Source of the DNA: Candidatus Avelusimicrobium cornigerorum
GTDB taxonomy: Bacteria > Elusimicrobiota > Elusimicrobia > Elusimicrobiales > Elusimicrobiaceae
Length of the DNA: 64,000 nt
Direction: 5' to 3'
Assembly (NCBI GenBank): GCA_002309715.1
Contig: DBXW01000005.1
Location: 321,613 to 385,612, forward strand
Position numbers and translations under genes: made by a program. Below the pieces are notes generated by a model. That model saw only the letters and a program-made list of their open reading frames with translations, had not been told where the DNA came from and did not search any database. Below, one piece after another: positions 56,433 through 64,000 of this stretch (its first letter is position 1; each line of letters begins with the position of its first letter).

Positions 56433-57208
56433 AAGCGAACCATATTCATTTTGCCTATACGAGTGCTCCGGTGTTGGAAGACATTTCTTTTACGGTGAGT
56501 GCGGGTGATTATATCGGTCTTATCGGCCCTAACGGCGGGGGAAAAACCACCTTGCTTAAAGTTCTATTGGGTTTGGAAAAGGGCCGCGGAGAAATTAAAT
56601 TATTCGGCACACCGCTTGGCGAGTTTACGGGCTGGCACAAAATCGGGTATTTGGCTCAAAAAAGTCCGGTGGCACAGAGCCGTTTTCCCATTGCGGCCGA
56701 AGAAGTAGTGCTGATGGGGATTCCCGGTCGCGGTGCGCGAGTAACACGGGAAGAATTAAAAGAAGTGTACGCGGCGATGCAACAAACCCGAACGCGCCAA
56801 TTTACCGGAAAGATTTTTAACGACTTATCTATCGGACAACAACAACGTGTGCTGTTGGCGCGTGCGTTGGTGAGCAAGCCGCAACTGTTAATTTTAGACG
56901 AACCTTCCACTGCGTTAGATGCCGGCTCGCGCGAAATGTTTTTTGATTTACTGGGCAAACTCAATAAACAAAACGGTACGACGATTTTGCTTATCACGCA
57001 CGATACCGGTGAAGTGGGAAAATATATTTCTAAATTTATGTACGTGGATAAGAACTTAGTGTTTTTCGGCACAAAGGAAGAATTTTGCCACTCACAAAAA
57101 GTGGCCGAAAAATTGGGGCCGTTTGCCCAACATACCATTGATCACCTGCATAATACACACGGACATTGTCCGTTAGGCGCGTCTTGCCGGGAGTGTAAGC
57201 ATGATTGA
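56417..57208 (+). CDS. Metal ABC transporter ATPase (ZnuC-like)
   Basis: GPNGGGKT, LSIGQQQR, ILDEP. Confidence 0.92.
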   Translation: MSGVIEANHIHFAYTSAPVLEDISFTVSAGDYIGLIGPNGGGKTTLLKVLLGLEKGRGEIKLFGTPLGEFTGWHKIGYLAQKSPVAQSRFPIAAEEVVLMGIPGRGARVTREELKEVYAAMQQTRTRQFTGKIFNDLSIGQQQRVLLARALVSKPQLLILDEPSTALDAGSREMFFDLLGKLNKQNGTTILLITHDTGEVGKYISKFMYVDKNLVFFGTKEEFCHSQKVAEKLGPFAQHTIDHLHNTHGHCPLGASCRECKHD

Positions 57209-58010
57209 GTTTTTAAGTTATTCCTTTGTGCAACGCGGACTTGTGGCCGGCAGTTTGGTGGCGGCTGCTTGTGCGCTACTGGGCGTATTTTTGGTGCTCA
57301 AGCGTTTGTCGCTTATCGGCGATGGGATGAGCCACATTTGTTTGATGGGAGTGGCGGTGGCGCTTCTTACTTCTACTAACCCGGTGTATATGTCTATCCC
57401 GATAGTAGCGGTGTCTTCGTTGGGCATTATGAAGATTTCCCGGAAATTTAAAATTTATGGGGATGCTGCTATCGGTATTGTCAGTGCGGCGGGGTTATCG
57501 GTGGGGTTACTTTTAACGGCGTTGGCCGGCGGTTTTAATACCGATTTACTCGGCTTTTTGTTTGGCAGTATTTTAACCGTCAGCCGTGGCGAAGCAGGGC
57601 TTTGTATGTTGTTGTTGCTAGTGGTAGTTGGCGGTATTGTCAGTTTTTACCGATTGTTGGTGGCCACTTGTTTTGATGAATCTTTTGCCCGCACGCGTGG
57701 AGTAAAAACGCAATTGGTTAATGCGGGCCTTGTGCTTATTACGTCGGTAGCGGTGGTGCTTTCGTTTAAGGTGGTAGGGATATTTTTAATTTCTGCACTT
57801 ATCATTATCCCGCCGGTCAGCGCGTTACTTGTTTCGCGTACATTTAAACAAGTGCTTTGGTTGGCGACCGGGTTTAGTGTAGTCAGCGTGTGGTTGGGGG
57901 TGTATGGCTCTTTTGTGTTTAATATCCCGTCAGGAGCGGCGATTATTTTAGTCAATTTGGTGTTTTTATCCGGCTGTTATTTATATAACAAAAGGGGGCA
58001 CCGTGGGTAA
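57201..58010 (+). CDS. Metal ABC transporter permease (ZnuB-like)
   Basis: GDGMSH, FLFGSIL. Confidence 0.92.
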   Translation: MIEFLSYSFVQRGLVAGSLVAAACALLGVFLVLKRLSLIGDGMSHICLMGVAVALLTSTNPVYMSIPIVAVSSLGIMKISRKFKIYGDAAIGIVSAAGLSVGLLLTALAGGFNTDLLGFLFGSILTVSRGEAGLCMLLLLVVVGGIVSFYRLLVATCFDESFARTRGVKTQLVNAGLVLITSVAVVLSFKVVGIFLISALIIIPPVSALLVSRTFKQVLWLATGFSVVSVWLGVYGSFVFNIPSGAAIILVNLVFLSGCYLYNKRGHRG

Positions 58011-58638
58011 GGGGAAGAACGGACCGGAAGTATTACTCAAAGAACTCAAAAAATTATACCCCAAGCACGTTATTCCGTTGCACCACAAAAACGCGTGGGA
58101 ACTGTTGTGTGCGGTTATTTTATCCGCCCAATGTACCGATGCACGTGTGAATTTGATTACCCCGCATTTATTTAAAAAATATCCTACTGCATACGATTTG
58201 GCCAATGCCAAAATTCAAGACGTGGAAAAGATTATTCATTCGGCAGGTTTTTTTCATAGCAAGGCGTTGTCTTTAATAGAAACCTCTAAATGTTTATGCG
58301 AGGTATACGGCGGTGAAGTGCCGCAGACAATGGAAGATCTGCTGACGTTACGCGGCGTGGCACGCAAAACGGCCAACGTAATGTTGGGTGATTATTTTAA
58401 AAAGCCTGCCGGCATTGTAGTGGATACGCACGTTAAGCGGTTGGCTTTCCGATTAGGGCTGACGCGCAATACCGATCCGGTGAAAGTGGAAAAAGATTTA
58501 ATGAAAATTATTCCCTACAAATACTGGGGTTGGCTGGCGATTGCACTTATTTTACACGGACGTAGCGTGTGTAGTGCACGCAAGCCGTTATGCGAAAAAT
58601 GCACGCTTCGGCCGTGGTGTGCCCAAAATAAGGTGTAG
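58003..58638 (+). CDS. nth: Endonuclease III
   Basis: LSAQCTD, GVARKTAN, VDTHV, C-terminal 4Fe-4S cysteines. Confidence 0.95.
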   Translation: MGKGKNGPEVLLKELKKLYPKHVIPLHHKNAWELLCAVILSAQCTDARVNLITPHLFKKYPTAYDLANAKIQDVEKIIHSAGFFHSKALSLIETSKCLCEVYGGEVPQTMEDLLTLRGVARKTANVMLGDYFKKPAGIVVDTHVKRLAFRLGLTRNTDPVKVEKDLMKIIPYKYWGWLAIALILHGRSVCSARKPLCEKCTLRPWCAQNKV

Positions 58639-58688
58639 GCGCAATGAGCGGCCCCGTCTGGCGGCTTTTTGCCGGGGAAAAAGCCGCT

Positions 58689-60194
58689 TTATTTATCTTC
58701 CAAACGAGGGAAAAGCGGCGGGTATTTTTCAATTTTCCCGGCTTGTAAGCGACGCGCCATTTCCGGGCCGATGGTGGGCATAAAGGGCGTGAGCCATTTG
58801 GCTACGTAGCGCAAACAGGCCACAAGTTCTAATAATACTTCTTGGGCGGCGGTTACGTCGGTTTTGGCTAACTCCCACGGTTTTTTCTCGTCAACAAGTT
58901 TATTTAAGTCACCGGCAAAGCCGTAGATTTGTTCTAACACTTTATCAAAAGCCAGGTCCTCATAGGCTGCGTCAATTATTTTTTCTATTTCACCGGTTTT
59001 GGCAAGCAGTTTGTAATTGCCTTCAATTTTTTCCGGTAACTCGCCGATATTTTTGGCAGCCATATTAAGCGTGCGGGAAAGCAAGTTGCCGACATTGTTG
59101 GCTAAATCGGAGTTATAGCGGTTTTTAAAACTTGTCATAGAGAAATCCCCATCTTGTCCGAAGGGCACTTCGCGGAATAAAAACGCGCGTACCGGGTCCA
59201 CGCCGTATTTGGCGGCTACTTCGGCGGGGTTTACAATGTTGCCCATGGTTTTGGACATTTTTTCCCCTTCCACGGTCCACCAACCGTGCGCAAAAACTTT
59301 TTTAGGCAGCGGTACATTGAGTGCCATTAAAACAGCGGGCCAAATTACCGTGTGAAAACGAAAAATTTCTTTGCCTACCATGTGCAAATCAGCCGGCCAT
59401 AAATCTTCAAATTTGTCTACGCCGATTTTTTTAAGTTGCGCTTCGTGTTCCGTTTTATCATTGCAAATATGCGTACCAAAACCCGCACCGGAAATATAGT
59501 TAATAAGAGCATCAAACCAAACATAAATAGTATGTTTGGGGTTACTGGGTACCGGGATACCCCACGCTACCTTGGTGCGAGTAACGGATAAATCTTGCAA
59601 ACCTCCTTTGACAAAATTGATAATTTCATTGGCGCGTGTTTTGGGACTTAAAAATTCCGGGTGTTCTTCGTAGTATTTTAAAAGCGGTTTTTCATAACGC
59701 GACAATTTGAAAAAATACGTTTCTTCGTGCACTTCGGTCAAAGGGCGTTTATGTACGGGGCAGAGATTGCCTTCCAAAATTTCGCTGTCGTTATAGTATT
59801 GTTCGCACGAAACGCAGTATTTGCCGGTATAAGAACCTAAATAAATATCCCCTGTTTTGAGCAATTTTTCAAAAATGGCTTGTACGACGTGTTCGTGGTA
59901 CGGGTCGGTGGTACGGATAAAATCGTCGTAGGAAATGTTTAACGTTTTCCACATGGCTTTGTATTTGGCGGCCACGTCATCGGCCCATGCTTTGGGAGTG
60001 ACGTTGTTAGCAGCGGCGGTTTTTTCAATATTGGCACCGTGTTCATCGGTACCGGTCAAATAGTGTACGTCAAAACCTTGCTGGCGTTTGTAGCGGGCCA
60101 GAATATCCTGTGCAATAGTCGTATAAGCATGGCCGATATGCGGCACGGAATTTACATAATACAAGGGTGTGGTAAGATAATATTTTTTAGACAT
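58689..60194 (-). CDS. metG: Methionyl-tRNA synthetase, short form
   Basis: HIGH, GTDEHG, KMSKT. Confidence 0.96.
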   Translation of the reverse strand: MSKKYYLTTPLYYVNSVPHIGHAYTTIAQDILARYKRQQGFDVHYLTGTDEHGANIEKTAAANNVTPKAWADDVAAKYKAMWKTLNISYDDFIRTTDPYHEHVVQAIFEKLLKTGDIYLGSYTGKYCVSCEQYYNDSEILEGNLCPVHKRPLTEVHEETYFFKLSRYEKPLLKYYEEHPEFLSPKTRANEIINFVKGGLQDLSVTRTKVAWGIPVPSNPKHTIYVWFDALINYISGAGFGTHICNDKTEHEAQLKKIGVDKFEDLWPADLHMVGKEIFRFHTVIWPAVLMALNVPLPKKVFAHGWWTVEGEKMSKTMGNIVNPAEVAAKYGVDPVRAFLFREVPFGQDGDFSMTSFKNRYNSDLANNVGNLLSRTLNMAAKNIGELPEKIEGNYKLLAKTGEIEKIIDAAYEDLAFDKVLEQIYGFAGDLNKLVDEKKPWELAKTDVTAAQEVLLELVACLRYVAKWLTPFMPTIGPEMARRLQAGKIEKYPPLFPRLEDK

Positions 60195-61221
60195 AAGCAT
60201 TCTCCGTATCAAAAATGGGTAATGATATCCCGTCTAGACTCATTAAAGCAGTTTCTACAATAAGTGCGGGGGAAACATTACGCGATAAACTGCGTTTATA
60301 GTTTTCAAATTGTTTTAAAATTTGCATATAGCGGTGTTGGTCCGCCTTGTCGGCCCGAAGCCAACTTTGGTGTAGGGCCATTAGCAGTACGTCTAAAATG
60401 GCTTGGGCTTCTTGTCGGCCTGTTGCTAACGTGCGGCTCAATCCGGTAGCCACGGCAGCCGGGCCTTGTGCGGAACATCCTTTTTGATTAAATCCGGCTT
60501 GTTTAAGTAGTGTAAGTGCCCCATCGGCTTTCAATGCGCCGGATACCGAACCTCCGCTATAAGCCGCGCACAGGGAAGGGTTTTCTGTTTCTAATTGGTT
60601 GTCTTGTAAAATTTGTTCTATATGTTGGTGTGAAAGGGGGGCAAACGCAAGCGGTTGGCAACGCGACAAAATCGTACGCAACATAGCCGAGCGTTTGTTA
60701 GTAATCAAAATCCATACGGTTTTGGCAGGGGGTTCTTCAATAAATTTAAGAAGAGCATTGGCCGCTGCCCCTTGCATAGATTGGGCTTGGTCAATAATCA
60801 TTACCTTGTAGCCATTGCCCACGGCCTTTTGTTGGGATTTAGCCGCTACTTCGCGGATAGTGTCTACACTTAAGTGTTGTTGTTTGGCAAGTTCTTTTTC
60901 CAATTCTTCTTCGTAGCCGGAAGCAGAAAAATCTTTTTTTATTTTTCGTCTTGCTTGATATAAAAAATCGGCAAACAGTACATCCGGGTGGGTTTGTTGG
61001 CCGATGGCTTTGCAAGAAGCACATACGCCACAGGCTTGCCCGGATTGTCGGGCTTGCGGATCTAAACAATTTAACGTTTTGGCAAATTCTAAAGCGGTTT
61101 TTGCCTTGCCTACTCCGTCGGGCCCGTAAAACAACAAAGCCCCCGGCACGCGTTTTTTATTGACGAGTGTTTGTAAGTAAGAAATGGCTTTTTCCTGGCC
61201 GAGGATTTCAGTAAACGGCAT
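60187..61221 (-). CDS. holB: DNA polymerase III delta-prime subunit
   Basis: GPDGVGK, CGVCASC, ANALLKFIEEP, TILSRC. Confidence 0.9.
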   Translation of the reverse strand: MPFTEILGQEKAISYLQTLVNKKRVPGALLFYGPDGVGKAKTALEFAKTLNCLDPQARQSGQACGVCASCKAIGQQTHPDVLFADFLYQARRKIKKDFSASGYEEELEKELAKQQHLSVDTIREVAAKSQQKAVGNGYKVMIIDQAQSMQGAAANALLKFIEEPPAKTVWILITNKRSAMLRTILSRCQPLAFAPLSHQHIEQILQDNQLETENPSLCAAYSGGSVSGALKADGALTLLKQAGFNQKGCSAQGPAAVATGLSRTLATGRQEAQAILDVLLMALHQSWLRADKADQHRYMQILKQFENYKRSLSRNVSPALIVETALMSLDGISLPIFDTENAYV

Positions 61222-61836
61222 TTAGATTTGATGTTCGGCCAACAATTCCCGCACGTTGGCTTGTATGTCCATAATATTTTTATCCGCATCTATCAGGTAA
61301 GCGTTGGGAGTGCGTTTAATCATATCCAGATATCCCCGGCGCATTTTTTGACGGAAGGCTAAATCTTCTTGTTCCAAACGGTCGGAAAACAGATATTCTC
61401 CGCGTTGCGTGAAGTACTTATCCGACATTAAAAACACAAGCGTAATATCCGGCTTGAGCCCGACGGTTGCGATGCGGTTTAGGGTATCAATAATTTTTAA
61501 ATCAATGCCCCGGCCATAACCCTGATAGGCACAGGTTGACATTGTGTAGCGCTCGCAAATAACAGTTTTCCCGGCGTTGATGGCGGGGATAATTTTTTCT
61601 TCTGTGTGTTGGGCGCGGGATGCTTCGTAAAGCAAAAGTTCCGTCATGGGGGAAACTTCCGCCCCCGGCTCCAGCACAATTTGGCGGATGCGTTCCGCGG
61701 TGGGGGTTCCGCCGGGTTCGCGGGTTAAGAGCACATCTTTGCCTTGCTCAATAAAATAATTTACAAGCATCTTGGCCTGTGTTGATTTTCCACAACGGTC
61801 AGGTCCTTCTAATACGATAAATTTTCCTTTCTTCAT
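61222..61836 (-). CDS. tmk: Thymidylate kinase
   Basis: EGPDRCGKST, TREPGGT, ICERY. Confidence 0.95.
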   Translation of the reverse strand: MKKGKFIVLEGPDRCGKSTQAKMLVNYFIEQGKDVLLTREPGGTPTAERIRQIVLEPGAEVSPMTELLLYEASRAQHTEEKIIPAINAGKTVICERYTMSTCAYQGYGRGIDLKIIDTLNRIATVGLKPDITLVFLMSDKYFTQRGEYLFSDRLEQEDLAFRQKMRRGYLDMIKRTPNAYLIDADKNIMDIQANVRELLAEHQI

Positions 61837-62429
61837 GCGAGACCTTCTTGCGAAGTAATAATTTTGGTTTCCGGTTTTTTGGGCAATACCCAACCCCTTT
61901 GGGTTTCTTCAATCAGCGGTTCCAGTTTGCCCTGGGCTTGCAAAATAAAATCTATAATTTCGCGATAAGCGCCGTCTCCCCCGTTTCGGGTAGATACAAA
62001 ATGTGCGGCCCGTTTTACTGGTGCTACTGCACCCGGTACAGTAGCGGCAAAGCCGACAGATTTTAAGAGCGGCAAATCGGTAATATCATCGCCAATATAG
62101 GCAATTTGGTCGGCGGTTAATTTTTCGCGTTTTAAAATATCTTCCAGGGGGGCTAATTTGGATAAGAAACCTTGATAAATGTAGGTATAGCCTAAAATAT
62201 CTGCGCGGCGCACGGTGGTTTCGTGGCGGCGCCCGGTAATAATGCCCAGAATCAGGCCAGCCTTACGGCAAAGAAGTGCTGCGATACCGTCTTGCGTATG
62301 GAAAGACTTAAATTCGTCTATGTGACCGTTTTCTGTCAGAAAAAAGTTTACTTTTCCGTCTGTTAAAATGCCATCTACGTCGGTTAGGATGGCTTTTACT
62401 TTTTTGGCACGTTCTAAAGCGTTTTGCAT
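61833..62429 (-). CDS. kdsC: KDO 8-phosphate phosphatase
   Basis: DVDGILTDG, YIGDDITD, GGDGAYRE. Confidence 0.9.
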   Translation of the reverse strand: MQNALERAKKVKAILTDVDGILTDGKVNFFLTENGHIDEFKSFHTQDGIAALLCRKAGLILGIITGRRHETTVRRADILGYTYIYQGFLSKLAPLEDILKREKLTADQIAYIGDDITDLPLLKSVGFAATVPGAVAPVKRAAHFVSTRNGGDGAYREIIDFILQAQGKLEPLIEETQRGWVLPKKPETKIITSQEGLA

Positions 62430-62552
62430 ACAACTATTATAGCAAATTTTCCGGGGTTTCCTTTTAAGCGAAAATGGACTGATAATTTTTAAATTTGCGC
62501 GCGCGTGCGCGTATTTTTATATAATAAAGGTACTCATTTTTAAGGGGTATTT

Positions 62553-64000
62553 ATGGCTAAACGATTTACTGAAAATGCACAAAAGATTATTTTAATTGCT
62601 CAAGAAGAGGCCAAACGTCTCAATCACGATTATGTCGGAACGGAACACATTTTGCTGGGCTTAAGTGCCATTGATGGCACGGTGTCGCACCGGATTTTGT
62701 CCGGCTTGGGAGTTACCTTTCGCAAGGTACGCCAAGAGATTGAAAAGATGGTAGGTATCGGCGATACCATTATGCTTTTGGGCGAAATTCCGTTTACGCC
62801 GCGTGCCAAAGCCGTGTTGGAGTTTTCGGTGGAAGAATCCCAAATGTTAGGGACCGAGCATATCGGTACGGAACATATTTTACTGGGGCTTATCCACGAA
62901 GAAGAAGGCATGGCCGGTAAGATTTTGGAAAATTTAGGTCTTACTCTAACGGTGGTGCGCGACGCGGTACTTAACTTTTTAGGCAATGCCGAGCCGGAAG
63001 ATTTAGCGGAAAAGAGCACCGGCCCCTCGCAAGAGATCAATTTAAATGCTTTCCCAAAAGCGGAAGGCAAGCAAGCGCAATCCAACGCGAATAAGAAATC
63101 AAAAACCCCAACGTTGGATGAATATACGCGCGATTTAACGCGTTTGGCTGCCCAGCACAAATTGGATCCGGTCATCGGGCGCGAAGAAGAAATTGAACGC
63201 GTGGTGCAGATTTTGGCTCGTCGCACGAAAAATAACCCGGTGCTTATCGGCGAGCCGGGCGTAGGAAAGACGGCTATTGTGGAAGGCCTTGCCCAAAAAA
63301 TTGCTCGCGGGGAAATTTCCGATTTATTATCCGGCAAGCGGTTGCTTGCTTTGGATATGGCCTCTGTAATTGCCGGGACCAAATATCGCGGTGAATTTGA
63401 ACAACGCTTAAAAAATATCATTGATGAGATGGCGGCTTCGCAAGATGCTATTATCTTTATTGATGAGTTGCACACTATTATCGGCGCAGGCGCGGCGGAA
63501 GGCTCTATGGACGCATCCAATATGCTTAAACCTGCTTTGGCGCGCGGTGAAGTGCAGTGTATCGGTGCTACTACGTTTGACGAATATCGCAAATACGTGG
63601 AAACCGATACCGCATTGGAGCGCCGCTTCCAACCGGTTGTTATTGAACCGCCGGATGCCGAGGAAACGATTTCCATTTTAAAGGGCGTGCGTGCCAAATA
63701 CGAACAGCACCACAAAGTAAAGTATACCGACGGAGCCATCCGCGCGGCGGCGATGATTTCCGACCGCTATATTTCCGACCGTGCTTTGCCGGATAAAGCG
63801 TTAGATTTATTTGATGAAGCCGGTGCGCGTGCGCGTCTTAAACACGCTACACTTCCGCCGGAAATTAAACAAAAACAGGCGGAGTATAATCAGGCTGTTT
63901 TGGAAAAAGACGAAGCACTTGCCAGTAAAGAATTTGAAAAAGCGGCCGCGGCCAAAGATACCGAAGAACGGTTAAAAGAATATATTGACCATTTGAAGGA
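62553..64000 (+). CDS. clpC: ClpC ATP-dependent Clp protease ATPase, partial (runs off the window; absent from the ORF track)
   Basis: MAKRFTENAQK..GTEHILLGL repeat domains, KNNPVLIGEPGVGKT, FIDELHT. Confidence 0.93.
   Translation, partial: MAKRFTENAQKIILIAQEEAKRLNHDYVGTEHILLGLSAIDGTVSHRILSGLGVTFRKVRQEIEKMVGIGDTIMLLGEIPFTPRAKAVLEFSVEESQMLGTEHIGTEHILLGLIHEEEGMAGKILENLGLTLTVVRDAVLNFLGNAEPEDLAEKSTGPSQEINLNAFPKAEGKQAQSNANKKSKTPTLDEYTRDLTRLAAQHKLDPVIGREEEIERVVQILARRTKNNPVLIGEPGVGKTAIVEGLAQKIARGEISDLLSGKRLLALDMASVIAGTKYRGEFEQRLKNIIDEMAASQDAIIFIDELHTIIGAGAAEGSMDASNMLKPALARGEVQCIGATTFDEYRKYVETDTALERRFQPVVIEPPDAEETISILKGVRAKYEQHHKVKYTDGAIRAAAMISDRYISDRALPDKALDLFDEAGARARLKHATLPPEIKQKQAEYNQAVLEKDEALASKEFEKAAAAKDTEERLKEYIDHLK

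Noticed and set aside
62630-63739. 369-aa minus-strand ORF
   Set aside because: Antisense shadow of clpC, which is clearly coded on the plus strand from 62553.

Overview
The window has three parts. (i) 1-9.9 kb: the tail of a type II fatty-acid/polyketide-like cluster, a MerR-controlled flavodoxin/hydrolase operon, and phosphate and metal transporters. (ii) About 10.1-43.7 kb: an accessory region built up downstream of a tRNA-Val(TAC) gene (43733-43805, minus). It holds a prophage remnant (MuF tail with a BECR-like RNase extension and an antisense structured sRNA with its own promoter) and a WYL-activator regulon. That regulon has three GCGACA-N6-TGTCGC-N10-TAnnnT promoter sites in front of nuclease, deiminase and AAA ATPase genes. 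Next come a DUF2924/large serine recombinase island with AlbA, Bro-N, LexA-like, SIR2, HEPN and a complete six-gene type 1 BREX system, and an HTH-Fic module. Three diverged ~175-bp end elements and tRNA 3' relics separate these units. (iii) 43.9-64 kb: core genes (thioesterase, CYTH, histone H1-like protein, a ~1810-aa protein with a C-terminal MFS-like domain, waaA, waaF-like, EamA, Znu-like ABC transporter, nth, metG, holB, tmk, kdsC, partial clpC). The host is a Gram-negative (LPS) bacterium; gene style suggests gut Elusimicrobiota, which is inference only. All family assignments come from motif recognition by eye, and no database search was run.
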